Shown here piece by piece: positions 50,267 to 63,249 of a stretch of DNA of 64,000 nt. The notes below the pieces were generated by a model. That model ran no database searches. It worked only from the letters and a program-made list of their open reading frames with translations, and was not told where the DNA came from. The stretch spans positions 127,224,001 to 127,288,000 of the forward strand of contig OX597820.1 of the NCBI GenBank assembly GCA_951406725.2, given 5' to 3'. The position numbers and the translations under genes were made by a program. Source of the DNA: Octopus vulgaris (lineage: Eukaryota). Positions within the stretch are counted from its first letter, which is position 1, and each line of letters opens with the position of its first letter.

Positions 50267-51923
50267 TAAATATATATACACACACCTACGCACACAAACA
50301 TTTGTGTCTGTTTCCTTGACATCATGTGATAGTTGTAAGCAAATGTCACTAGCATGGAAAATAGATATGAAGATGATGATGAAGAATAATGTATTTCAGC
50401 AGAAATTTGGTATTGAATGAACTAATTGTCATAAAGTGAATTACCATTTTGTTCTTAACACTTACATTAAGGGCATCATTAAAAATGTATTGTCTTGAGA
50501 GTTTATATCCTCATATTGTCATCGTCATCATGATTTAACATTCACTCTTCCATGGCTCAGACAAAATTCATTGAGGTAGATTCTCTTTGGCCAGATGCTC
50601 TTTGTTGTTGCCAACCCTCACTTGTTTCCAAGCAAGTTATTATTTTCCCTCGACAGATGTTTTCACAGAAGATTGGAAACAAATGTCATGGCCTTTATGA
50701 TGGTGACACTCATTAACAACAATTGCTCAATGTCAAGATGGGGAAGTACAAATACACACACACACACACAAACAATGGTCTTTGTTCTGTTTCTACTTAG
50801 AAGCCTTTAGTTAGCCTGGGGCTCTTGTAAAAGACCAACTGACCAATGTACTATGCATGCGTGTGTGCATGCGCTCGTGTGTATGTAGGTGTTGTGTTTC
50901 CTTGTCTTGACCTGACAGAATGGTTATAAATGAGAGCATTACTATCATACCAACTTGTTTGTAGCCTTAAATGGAAACCTGTCTGGCCATAAGGGAATAT
51001 TACTTGGCTTGGAAATAGATGAGGACTGGTGGCAAGGAGGGTATCTGACCATGGAAAAACTGCCTCAATGAATTCCATCTACAAGCATAGAATAATGGTC
51101 GTTAAAACAATGATGATGATTCTGAGCTTATTGAAATATTTGTCTTTTCTTGTACTGAAACCGTTACCCATGAATTCAATCAATAGACATTTTATAACCT
51201 ATTCTGTGATGTAAAAACAAGGACACACACTTTCATACAGTTTTGGAAGCCAAACATGTGAGGGGGTTACTTGCATCTTTTTTCTTTTGTTTTAAATGTC
51301 ACCCATTCATTTTCTCGTAACTGCAAATAAATAATGTATTACATTATTATTGTATCGTGATCTCTACATTGTAGACACTTGAAGCAGACTGGAAATTCAT
51401 GAAGTCCTGCTCTGATGCAGTAATTCATATTGTGTTCTCATTGTTTAGCTCTCTACAATCGAGCTTGTTGACTCTGCTTTGGTATCCTTGATTAAAACTT
51501 CTAGTTTATTCCAAAATTATCATTGTGCCATCATGCACAGTTAAAAAACTCTTGGGCAGTATGATAATGATGATCATCATTTTAATGTCTGTTTTCTATG
51601 CTGGCATGGGTTGCACAGTTCGACTGGAGCTGTCCAAACTCCAATTGTCTGTTTTGGCATGGTTTCTATGGCTGGATGCCCTTCTCAACTCCAACCATTT
51701 TACAGTGTGTGCTGGGTATTTTTTTATGTACCACCAGCATGGGTGCATTTGCATAGCACCAGCACAAGTGCAGCATTTTACTTGGCACCAACTGGCTCAT
51801 CATATATTAGGCCCCTCACCAGGATTTCTGCTTTCATTCTACGAATTTATTTGCTCAGTAATTTATGAATTTCCATTCTCTCCTAACGAGCCATCGAATA
51901 TCGCTATAAGAGCCATATGTTGT

Positions 51924-52165
51924 CACCATCATCGTTTAATGTCCGTTTTCCATGCTAGCATGGATTGTACGGTTCGACCGGGGTCTGGGAAGCCCTCCAG
52001 TCTGATCTGGCAGTGTTTCTACAGCTGGATGCCCTTCCTAACGCCAACCACTCCATGAGTGTAGTGGGTGCTTTTTACGTGCTACTGACCCAGAAGCCAG
52101 TCAAGGCGGTGCTGGCATCGGCCACGTTTGAATGGTGCTTTTTACGTGCCACCGGCACAGGTATC
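51924..52165 (-). mobile_element. Family C repeat (RTE-related SINE-like, (GAT)n tail)
   Basis: CATCATCGTTTAATGTCCG...CTGGATGCCCTTCCTAACGCCAACCACTC; an older copy lies at about 51575-51800. Confidence 0.85.
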
Positions 52166-52240
52166 ACAACTACAATTTCCATTTGATATTTATTTTGATG
52201 TATAAAACTATAAATCTTATACTTTTTATTTTCATTACAG

Positions 52241-52433
52241 GGAAATGGATTATGGTTATGAAGCCGACACGCACTTAGATAACCCTGACCAGTATTACGC
52301 TACTGTTGCTCCGACCTTAGCAAATATGCCAAGCAATGCATCTTTTGACCAATACAGTGACCATTCGCTTGCTTCTTCACACTTATCACTCCAAAATGCT
52401 GGTGTATACAAGGCAAGAGCTGCCCCAACACAG
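52241..52433 (+). CDS. 193-nt internal coding exon: (R)EMDYGYEADTHLDNPDQYYATVAPTLANMPSNASFDQYSDHSLASSHLSLQNAGVYKARAAPTQ
   Basis: Acceptor TTTTTATTTTCATTACAG|G, donor CAG|GTAAAA; phase 2 in, phase 0 out; protein-like composition (part of ORF 52245..52550). Confidence 0.88.
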
Positions 52434-52478
52434 GTAAAAATGCTCACCTTTTATTTTCCCCCCATTATGTTGATTTTA

Positions 52479-52662
52479 TTTAACCCTTTAACCATATCAG
52501 CTACATCCAATCTCTCACACCTACCCTGCAATGTCATTCTAAAAATATAAACAACCACATCATCAAAATATTGAAGCTATGAAATAATGCCTGAATAATT
52601 GCAAACAATGTTAATAAATAGGAATTACATTTGACAGAGGAATCTGAATGCTAAAAGGTTAA
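52479..52662. mobile_element. piggyBac-type MITE family 2
   Basis: TTAACCCTTTA...GCTAAAAGGTTAA. Confidence 0.75.
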
Positions 52663-52950
52663 AATTATTACAAGATTGCTCTGTTCTTTTGATTAGCTCC
52701 ATTTTATTACGTTAATGCTGTGGTCATGCTTAGAGAGATTAAACAGCTTTCCAAATTCAGATGCTATCATGTAACTAAATTATATCAGTTTTATGATTGT
52801 TGAGAGGAATGAAAAGGTTAAGAGCAATTAAAATCAAGATTGCATCAAGAATATAATTCTGTTGGTGAAAGTGCTTATTCTGAAACGGAAGGACAAAATT
52901 GGAACTTAATAATGAGGCAAAATACAGATGTCCAGAAGAGCAAAACTAGT

Positions 52951-53170
52951 TTAACCCTTTCGTTACCAAACCGGCTCTGGCTCTGTAGTACAAATGTCTT
53001 GTTTTCATAAGTTTTGAATTAAAATCTTCCACCAAACCTTAGTCACAATTTATGTTCCTAACACTGGCTTAATGATAACTAAGTTATTTTACTAAATTCT
53101 TTGTTCTATTTAAAGTTAATTGAAAGAAACACAGAGCATCTCAAAATAAATCCAGTAACGAAAGGGTTTA
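52951..53170. mobile_element. piggyBac-type MITE family 1
   Basis: TTAA-CCCTTTCGTTAC...GTAACGAAAGGG-TTTA; perfect 12-bp TIRs. Confidence 0.88.
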
Positions 53171-53263
53171 GTTGTTAAAATACTAAGGTTTTATGCGTAA
53201 TTGCTTGACCATAACAGCGTTGTTATATTTTTGCTTATTCTGGTTTCATGTTGATTGTTGCCA

Positions 53264-53595
53264 GAGCAGCCAACTGGCTTCCGTACCTGTGGCACGTAAA
53301 AGGGCATCATTCAAGCCTGATTGTTACCAACGTCGCTTCACTGGCACGTGTAAAAAGATTCGAGCGAGGTCATTGCCAGTACCACCTGACTGACCCCCCC
53401 CCCCGTGCTGGTGGTATGTAAAAAGCACCCACTACACTCTCGGAGTGGTTGGCGTTAGGAAGGGCATCCAGCTGTAGAAACTCTGCCAGATCAAGATTGG
53501 AGCCTGGTGCAGCCATCTAGCTCGCCAGCCCTCAGTCAAAATCGTCCAACCCATGCTAGCATGGAAAGCGGACATTAAATGATGATGATGATGAT
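53264..53595 (+). mobile_element. Family C repeat with internal tandem modules
   Basis: GGTTGGCGTTAGGAAGGGCATCCAGCTGTAGAAAC...GGACATTAAATGATGATG. Confidence 0.85.
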
Positions 53596-54186
53596 TATAA
53601 GCGAGAAGAAACAGGCAAACAATCAATTATGATTGTCAACATTGATGATAACCAATAGGGTTATGTCTAATCAATATCAAAACACTTTGTGTGTTGTTTA
53701 TAGTACTATTAATGACACCAATTATTTCATATTATTGCAACTAAATAGTCTTTCTATTCAAAGGAAATTGAAGTGTTTTAAAAAGAATTTAGAAAACAGA
53801 CAAGTGTTGTTATTATTATGGTCCAATCTATTAAATTGTTCTTTATGAACTACTGTAATCAGCTAGATGGACATGGGTGGTGGTGGTCAGCTGGTAGACT
53901 CCCTTTTTTATTGTAGCTGCCTCTCTAATTCAGTATATACATATATTTATGAGTGTGTGAATATCATCATCAGTGAATGTCCATTTTCCATTTTGGGTTA
54001 GGTGGTTTGACAGGAGCTAGCAAGGTGGCGGGCTGCACCAGGCTCTAGTCATCTTTTCTGGCATGGTTTCTATACCTGGACACCCTTCCTAACACCAACC
54101 ACTTTACAAAATATAATGGGTGCTTTTTACATAGTACCAGCACCTACACACACACACACGCACGAATACATATATTTTTTAAAAAA

Positions 54187-54581
54187 TTTGTTTCACTCAT
54201 TTGACTGCAGCCATGCTGGAGCACCGCCTTTAGTCAAGCAAATCGATCCCAGGACTTATTCTTTGTAAGCCTAGTACTTATTCTCTTGGCCTCTTTTGCC
54301 AAACCGCTAAGTTACGGGGACATAAACACGCCAACATTAGTTGTCAAGCGATGTTGGGGGCACAAGCACAGACCCACAAACATATGCATATATATATATA
54401 TATATATATACACAAACACGATGGGCTTCTTTCAGTTTCCATCTACCAAGTCCGCTCACAAGGCTTTGGTTGGCCCGAGGCTATAGTAGAAGACACTTGC
54501 CCAAGTTGCCATGCAGTAGGACTGAACCCAGAACCATATGGTTGGTAAGCAAGCTACTTACCACACAGCCACTCCTGCGCC
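54187..54581 (-). mobile_element. Near full-length young SINE family A
   Basis: Minus strand begins GGCGCAGGAGTGGCTGTGTGGTAAGTAGCTTGCTTACC. Confidence 0.92.
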
Positions 54582-54790
54582 TGTATATGTAAACAATATA
54601 CCACAATGATTTGCTAACTCCATTCTTTGATACTTGTAATTATACATATTCTATGGATATTTTGCAGATTTTAAGATAACTGGATTGGTAGCCCAGCAAA
54701 GCTTCCCACTTTTTAGTCCTCAGATAGCCAATGACTATAGAAATGCTTCATGTGATAAACACTAGGGTTATATATCTCGGTTCACTTATG

Positions 54791-55012
54791 TATGAGGGGG
54801 CAATGAACAGTTCTTGGCTTTAAGGGTATTGCAAAAGGCCTGGTTGGAGTTCACCCTTCCAAGCCCTTTTACAGGGCTTAGAAAAACTGAAGGACCCCTC
54901 TAATTAGTGTGTGAATCTGAGAGAGGAGTATGTTGAATAAAAGCATAATTGACTGATCCTCCTGTATTTTCTTTTACCAAAAGCCAGGAACTTTTCAGCA
55001 TCCACCCTTGTA
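54791..55012 (+). mobile_element. Mariner-derived MITE
   Basis: TA-flanked TIRs; retains the mariner C-terminal remnant CVNLREEYVE*. Confidence 0.82.
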
Positions 55013-55179
55013 CATAACCCTTCCTCCTCCAAAAAAAAAAAAAGAAACAAAAAACAAAAGGTTGACTGAATTATATTTTATTTTGTTAGGTGAATAGGTT
55101 ACCTAACAATTCGACTATGTTGTTGACACAGAAATTATTTGCATATTGTGTCTATTCATCACAAGTACATCACAATCCC

Positions 55180-55385
55180 TTTCTACTCTAGGCACAAGGC
55201 CTGAATGTTTGGGAGCAGGGAGTCAATTAGATTGACCCAGTATGCAACTGGTACTTAATTTATCGATCCCAAAAGGATGAAAGGCAAAGTCGACCTCAGC
55301 AGAATTTGAACTCAAAACGTAAAGACAGACAAAATACCGCTTTGCATTTCACCCGGTGTGCTAACATTTCTGCCGCTCACTGTCT
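55180..55385 (-). mobile_element. SINE family B
   Basis: AAAGGATGAAAGGCAAAGTCGACCTC...AATTTGAACTC. Confidence 0.85.
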
Positions 55386-56122
55386 TCCAGGTTCATCACA
55401 ATCTACACATCTCTTTTGCTCTTATCAGCCTTGTTGTACCCACCTCCCAGCACTAACCACTGTGCCTAGTTCTTGCTCCCCCAAACAATGTTTTTCTGGA
55501 ACACTTGCTGCTCATGCCTTCCTCTGCAGATATTCAGTTGCAATGGTTCACAAAGAATGTTAATGGCATTGGTTTTGCTTGTTTTGGAGGGGTCTGCAAA
55601 GCTCATGTACCTTGCGTCTTTCTCAAGATTCCGTAAACTGGGAAACACAAAAAGAGAGATAAAAAGAACAGAATAGAAAAGAAGACTTGAAGATATTTCT
55701 TGAATAGTTGCAAGCATGGCTGTGTGATTTTGCTTCCCACCCATGTGATTTAGAGTTCAGTCCAACTGCTTGGCGCCTTCAGCAAGTGTCTTCTACCATA
55801 GCTCTGAGATGACAAAAGCCGTATGGGTATCTGTGTTTGCCTCCTTGTTTTGTTATCACATGATAGTTGTAGACGTGTGTTGCCGCCATACAAGCTTTAC
55901 CATTTGTTTCCAATCTTCCATGGAAACGTCCAGTTGTGGGGATAGATTAAAAATTTGAAATTCCGAAGCTACTGAATGATTTATTGTCAGAGGAATATCA
56001 ACTAAGTTGCTGTTTATAGTGAGGAATGTAAACAGCCTCATAGACACTAAACCATTATTTATATAAATTTTATATATATAAGTGTGTATATATGTATTCT
56101 AAACTATATTTTCTTTTTGCAG

Positions 56123-56505
56123 GCTCCAAGAAAAGTAATAAATCCTCCAGAATTACCACAAGCTGCCAGGAGTTCAATTTCTTCGCTTCCACAAGAACAT
56201 TTAGATGATGGATATAATCGGTACCCTGCTCGTGTTAGAGGCATGGAACCTATGGCTCCAGACAGTCGGAGCTCTCCCCGTCCACAGATGGCATCCAACC
56301 GAGCAGGATCAGTGACGCCAACCAGGTCAAATATTTACCATCTTCCAAATCACCCCATTCCTCAAAGCTTAAAATCTAAGCAAATTCTTGGAAACCCCAA
56401 GCCTGCAACTTCCATGACCATAGTACCTCCTCACAGACAGAATCCAGGCCCTTGTTCCACATTTTATGCTCCTCAACGTCATATAGTACATTCTAAATGG
56501 TCTAG
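56123..56505 (+). CDS. Internal coding exon APRKVINPPELPQAARSSISSLPQEHLDDGYNR...; 3' end uncertain (56220, 56325 or 56505)
   Basis: Acceptor TTTTCTTTTTGCAG|GCT in phase 0, matching the previous exon; Pro/Ser-rich open frame (ORF 56084..56551); three candidate GT donors, all phase 2. Confidence 0.8.
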
Positions 56506-56527
56506 GTATAATATTTCTTTAAAGTTG

Positions 56528-56584
56528 GCATGGAATCTGTGCATGTGTTAACTCGGCAGCTTATTTGATCCTTTAACCTGCATG
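56528..56584 (+). promoter_or_regulatory. Cluster of (U)GCAUG RBFOX-type splicing motifs downstream of the distal donor
   Basis: GCATG at 56528, TGCATG at 56540 and 56579, within 80 nt of donor 56505 and in non-microsatellite sequence. Confidence 0.3.
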
Positions 56585-59500
56585 AAAACTCATCACTGAT
56601 GTTCACAGTTCATCAATCAAAATTTTGGTTTATTGGAAGTTAGTAAACCTTGTTTAACCTCTTAGCTTTAAAATTTGCCAAATCAGGCTTCCATAAATAA
56701 TAATTCCAAATTAATTAAAATATGCCATAGTCAGCCGTGTTGATTGATATATTAGCTTTGATTATTAGCTGTAAAACTCACCAGCACCACTCGTTAGCTC
56801 AGAGAGGATATCAAATTTATCTCAGTTTCATCAATTTTATGTGAATCTTTCAGCATATTTCAACATCATTAATTAATACTATCATTACTACCTGGTTGGT
56901 TATATTCTGTTCCATGGGTTTAACCTGTTAGTAATTATAATTTAGATTCAAGGATAAAATAGTTAAATCTATTGTGTTGTATATTTCCTCGTTTGTTAAT
57001 TGGATACTTTTGGAATGTTCTTCAGATTTTATTCAGATAACTCAAAATGTTTGGGTTGCATAATAAGACAAATAAAAATGGTTTAGCTTCTTCTCTACCA
57101 TTTCTCTAGTTCGGTCTCAAGAGGCAATAAATTTCAACTGAATATTAGACTCGTTGGTGATAAGAATTATTTCCCACTACTTGAATTGATGTGAGTGTTT
57201 GAAATATTCCTTGTGATTTATTACATGTAGCTCTATATTAATGCATCTTTGGCATTAGTAAAGAGCCTAGCAAGTATACTTATTTTGTGCTCTCTCTCTT
57301 TGTTTTTGTTTTTTTTATCTCTCTCTCTCTCTCTTCCCCTAACATATAAACACACACCCTCATCCACGCTTTTTATTTGTTTATTTTGAATAATGTTTTA
57401 CATAATGTTTGTCAAACTCTAAACATATTTAATAGACTTTCCCTCTTGTTTTTAAATTCTCTTGGACATATTATTCTTGAGGATATGCGCTGGTCCTTCT
57501 CATCATTATCTTACCTGTCAGTCATATACCACTCTACCCACCCATTTATAATATAAGAACAGCATTGCCCCTCCTTCAGCCCAATCCTTCTCACTGCCCT
57601 TGTCACTCTGACTCTCATTAATCCCCTCTAACTACTTTTCCTTTTCCTTTCTTCCAAAAATCATTTTATCTCCTCTCTATGTATAATGTGAGGTAGCACT
57701 TCATCTCAGCCCTTATCACATTCTTTCTCACTAATGCCTACTGGCCCAACTATGCACTTTCTCCCAACCTGCCCCTTGTCTTGGGTCCTGCTAAACCTTC
57801 AATCTATCTTAGCACATTCTTTAGTCCATGTGTAAAGTATGTAACGTAGTCAAAGAATACGAAAAATTGCATAATACCAAAATGTGTATAAATACATTCT
57901 CATTCGTTTTCTATGCAATTTCCATCAGTTGAACAGTTGTAGAAATTTAGATATTCTAAAAGTATTGATACTTTCAAGAAATTATTAATCAGTTATTTTC
58001 CCCAAGTAGTTGTTTGTCAGCAGTGAAGTTGATAAAGTATGTACATTGATAAGTTGGTTAGTTTTATTTGTTTATTTTTCTTTTTTTAAATATTTTCCTC
58101 AAGAATATCATCTGCTGATAGTTGGAATCGTCTCACTATCAGCAGTTAGTTGACATGCATCATAGTCTTATGTCTGTGTCCCCAGTGGTTCTTCATCCTT
58201 ATTCATTTAACCTGTTAAAGGATCTTACCTAATATATTTGTAGAGTCGATAATGGTGTTGATTCAACTCTCCAGTCTTTTACTAGACCCGTGACCTTTGT
58301 GGTCACTCACTGGTTTTCTGACAGGCTGTGGTCATCTGCAGTAATCCATTTGGTGTTTGCCAATTTAATCTCTCTACTCAAAACACTGCTCTGATCTCTT
58401 GTATGTGAACAGGATGTAATCCAAATGAGAGAAGCAATATGCCATGCACTAGTAGACACAATACATTATTAGTGGTACGGTTTCTATTAACTTTACCATC
58501 AGCATATTATTCTGTTATAAAAGCACTTAGTCTGGCTTCAGTGAATTGTAAGAAAGAGTGCCTGCTGCAGATTGACTCTGTTCCTGTTTGATTCCCAGCC
58601 CTTTACCAACTTACTTATGCCAAATAACAAACAACGGATTAAGACACTTTCCAAAAAATGCCTGATATATCAGGCACAAGCGTGGCTGTGTGGTGAAGAA
58701 GTTTGCTTTCTATCCATGAGGTTTTAGGTTCAGTACCTCTGCATGGAACCTTTTGCTATATGTTTGGACTGACTGAAGTCTTGTGAGTGAATTTCATAGA
58801 TGGAAACTGAAAGCAGCTCATCATGTCTGTATGTCTGTGGGTTCGTTTCGATTTGTACTGTTCGGAAGCTGCAAGTTCAAAGGTGTGGGGTGGTTACCAC
58901 ATCTGTTAAATCATCTTTTCACTTCATCTCTTTGAAATTGTGTGAAATAAAAAGCTCTCTTACAAAAAAGAAAAGCTAAGAGTTAGTGACAAGAGGATGA
59001 AAGGCAGAATCAACCTTGGTGGCATTTGAACTCCAAATGTAAAGAGTTGGAAGAAATGCTGTTAGACATTTTGTCCAACCTGCTAACAATTCTGCCAGCT
59101 CACTACCTTATACCTTTACTCATCCATGTGTGTATACACACACACACACATAGAAAGAAAGAGAGAGAGAGGCACATATATGACAAGCTTCTTTTATTTT
59201 TTTTTCCCTACCTGATCCACCCTCTAGGCTTTGATCAATACTTGCCAAAGGTGTCACTCTGAGGAAATGAACCTGAAGTCACATAGTTGTGAAGCAGATT
59301 TCTAAACCGCACATCCATGACTGCACTTCTAGGCTTTGGTCAATTTAGGTCTATGCAAGAAGGCAAAAAAGGTTGCAAACCTCTCCAAAAGATCCTGTAT
59401 TCCCCACACGGAATTCCATAATTCAAAACCTATTTTGCCATCAATTTCCATGTTAGAGCAAAGTCCATGAATATCAAGAGTCGATGGGGGAAAATACGTT

Positions 59501-60619
59501 GTGCATTATAGAATTCCATTTGCCAGGACACAACACTTCCATAATACAGGGAGATGCCTGTAGTTGCTAAATTGTTGCAAAATAACAAAAAATCTGCCTT
59601 TAGAATGCTGATTAAGCAATTGAGAAAGAGTCCATGCTCACAGCCACCCACACATACACATATTTAGATCTCATTCATCTCACATCTTAGTGATTCTAAA
59701 TGAAGCCAGAAAACCTTGATTCATGGAAATGAAACTACTATAAACTGCATTTTCCTTTCATTTTCTATTGCTGTTGTCCCTCTCTCCCTTTCTGACATTC
59801 TCTCTTCTCTTTGTCCCTCTCTTCCATTCTCTCTCTCTCTCCTCCTTCTTCTTCTCCCTCTCTTCTCTCTCGTTCTCTCTTCAGTTCAGATGTCCTTAAC
59901 TTCATATAATTCTTTAACCATGCCTCAATTGTTCTGTTGTATTTCTCATAACACGACCACCACTATCGATACTACCTTTACTTCATAATCTTTCTTTTCA
60001 TTTCATGTAGCTCAGTTTATTGCTTGTTCCACTTGACTGACTGACCAAAATATAATAATAATAATAATAATAATTAATAATTAATAATTAATAATGATGT
60101 CTTAATAATGTTTGTTTAAAAATGACAAAAAATGCTGTTACTTTTATTGCTGTTTATTTGCTTTACAGAAATGTTTACCTTTGTCTGGATGTTGTACTAA
60201 TTAACAGTTAGAAGGGGTGGGCCCTTAATTGCTTTGAACTTTTATTATGCGAAGCTGTTTGCATCTTATTTATTGTAACAACAATTCCAGAATACTCTCA
60301 TCACACCAATTTACTTCATACTACTGCATGAATGTAATCGCCAAGAGATGTGATTTAAGACATCCATGATGCTCATGCACTCAATATACACGCCCACAAA
60401 AATATTGGAAGAATGACAGTTATAATTATGGTAATGATAACAATGATGATGATGATGATGATAATTATGATAGTGATTTCTTTCAGAATAAAAGCAACAT
60501 CTAGAAAGGAAGGAGAGTACGGTTAATTGATTCAACTCTGAGTACTGTGTACTCTAGATAGTGTCACATTTCTAGTCTAGAGCTTTGTTATCTAAACCAT
60601 TTCCACTATCATAACAACA

Positions 60620-61560
60620 ATGGTTTCAAATTTTGGCACAGGGCCAGCAGTATTTGAGGGAAGGGGAGCTGGTCTATTACATTGTCCTCAATACTTGACT
60701 GGTGTTTATTTTATTAACACACAAAAAGGATGAAAGACAAAGTCAGCCTTAGTGGAATTTGAACTCAGAACATAAAGACAAGATGAAATTGTTCTGAGAA
60801 CTTGAAGTGCTTTGACTAAATGTCAATGATTGATATTTTTGGCATTAAGCTAATATATTGAGCAGGAAGGGGAATAAAGTGAGATGAGATTGATCCCAAC
60901 AGATTCAGAAGAGTGAATTGTGAATTTCAGCCTATTGAGATTTGAATTCTGAGTGTGAAGCAATTCCGTTAAACACCACAAGACACATAATGTGCTACTT
61001 TTTGCTTTTCTCTCTACAAATTACATCAGGTTGCAATCAATTTCATGTCTTTTTTTCTCAAGCATATTTATTATTCCAGCCAATTCTTAGAAATGATAGT
61101 AGTAGTAACGTTAATAATCCTTTCTGTTTATAGGGACAAGGCCTGAAATCTTGGGGGAAGGAACTAGTTCATTACATTGACCCCCTGTGTTTCACTTGTA
61201 CTTAATTTATCAACCTTGAAAGGATGAAAGGCAAAGTCGACCTCGGTGGAATTTGAACTTAGAAAATAAAGACAGACAAATTATCGCCAAGCATTTTGTA
61301 CAGCATGCTAGCATTGCCACCTTAGTAATAATGTTAATATTATTGATTTCAAACTTTGGCACAAGGCCAGCAGTTTTGGGAGAAAGGTAAATTGATTACA
61401 TCAACCCCAGTGCTTGACTATTACTTATTTTATTGGCACTGAAAGGATGAAAGGCAAAGTCCACCTTGGCAGAATTTGAACTCAGAATGTAAAGACAGAT
61501 GAAATACTGCTAAGCATTTTGCCCAGCTTGCTAATGATTCTGCCTGCTGACTGCCTTAGT
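60620..61560 (-). mobile_element. Head-to-tail run of about 4 SINE family B copies on the minus strand
   Basis: Repeated GGCACAAGGCC...GAAAGGATGAAAGGCAAAGTC...TTTGAACTCAGAA units. Confidence 0.85.
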
Positions 61561-61579
61561 AGTAATTTTGATATTAACA

Positions 61580-61900
61580 TGGCACATAGAAAGCACCATT
61601 CGAGCATGTATTGTTGCCAGTACCACCTAACTGGCTCCCGTGCTAATGGTACATAAAAAGCACTATTCAAGCCTGATCGATTCCAGTACTGCCTGACTGG
61701 CCTTCATGCCCGGCAGCACATAAAAAGCACCCACTACACTTTCAGAGTAGTTAGGAAGAGTATCCGGCTGTAGAAACCTTGCCAGATCAGATTGGAGCCT
61801 GATTCTGCCTTCTAGCTTACCAGTCCTCAGTTAAGCCGTCTAACACATGCCAGCATGGAAAGTGGATGTTAAACACTGATGATGATGATGACGACGACGA
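61580..61900 (+). mobile_element. Family C repeat with about 3 tandem internal modules
   Basis: Variants of GGCACATAAAAAGCAC occur three times; (GAT)n tail. Confidence 0.8.
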
Positions 61901-62802
61901 GTGTTTCAGAAATGCTGATATTCCATGCTTTTCACCTCTTCAGCAAAATTGTGATACTGTTGGCATTATGACTGGTCATTCTGTGCTTTCAAAGACCATT
62001 GGAATATTTTTTTTTTTTACTTGAAAACCAGGAAAGGATTGCTGACAAGAGCAGCATTCAGTTGTAAAATCCTGCCTCAATAACTCTCTGCTTAACCACT
62101 GATGGCTTGATCGCTTTTTCCAGTCTGGTATATAAATAACTAAGTGGCCTGAAATTGTTTGAATCCCAAATTACAGAAAAACAGATATGCATGTACACAT
62201 ACATACAGAAAATGATCGTTTCGGCTGCACTAAGATTTGCTAAAGACTGTCTATTGTGGTTTATTTTTTCCACGTTTCTAGTAAAAAAAAAAAAACCTTT
62301 TTAATTTTCTCCAATTTCAAGACTATTCTGTAATTGCAATTAAACCTTGTAGTAGTAGTAAAAACAATAATGATAGTAATAATAATAATGGAAGTAATGT
62401 TTTTGTTTTATAAGGCTATGAAGACATTTGTACGTGAATGCTAGCAAATAATCCAGCCAACTGCATACTCAAAATTGCTTATGGTATTAATATATTAGTT
62501 GCTTAACAACATGCATTTCAAATTAGCTTATAGAATTTGGTTTTTATCCTTTTTCACATGACTTCTAGTTGCCTATTTGCAACCTTCTTATTAGTTATTC
62601 AATCACATACACACACAGATTGATAGACATGCATGTATATATTTATTTATATATGTGTGTGTGTTGGTGTGTATATATAAATGTGTGTAGGTATATAGAT
62701 GGATGTGTATTATGTTGTTTTAGAATTTTGTATTAGAGGTAATTTTCTGAATACCTCTCTTCTGCACCCTCACTGTAATTGTTTTCATTTATATAAGACA
62801 TT

Positions 62803-63238
62803 GCTGTGTGATTAAGTTGTTCAACTTTTTACCATATGGCCATTAGTTCAAACCTTACCACTGTAGACGTTTTACCTCAGCTATTCACAAACTCCAAATT
62901 TGCAAGAACACTTCCCACTGGGCCAAGGCAAACAGGATCCAAGAAGGTGTCTGTATCTGCATGCGACCTCATAGACACCTAAAACAATTAGAAAAAGCAT
63001 GGTACATGTTAACTTGTAATACATGCAATACCCATTTACAAGTCACAGCCGACTGTACTGAAATCCACTTCCATAGCTTGACAACCAGTGTTGGTGTGTT
63101 TTCATTCCTGTAACCTAGTGGTTTGGCAAAAGAGTCTGATATAAGTCCTGGAGTTGATTTGTTCAATTAAAACCCTTCAAGGCAGCGCTCCACCATGGCC
63201 ACAGTGAAATGACTGAAACAAGTAAAAGATAAAAGATA
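62803..63238 (+). mobile_element. SINE family A (degenerate head, intact tail)
   Basis: Tail TGACTGAAACAAGTAAAAGATAAAAG. Confidence 0.7.
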
Positions 63239-63249
63239 CACATGCATTC

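Noticed and set aside
52241-56505. Naming the host gene (for example as a catenin, Unc-13 or synaptic scaffold)
   Set aside because: No diagnostic domain is present in the visible exons; any gene symbol would be a guess.
58112-58145. 11-bp perfect stem CTGCTGATAGT/ACTATCAGCAG
   Set aside because: Too short for a pre-miRNA and no supporting context; the same applies to the 12-bp stem near 24083-24114.
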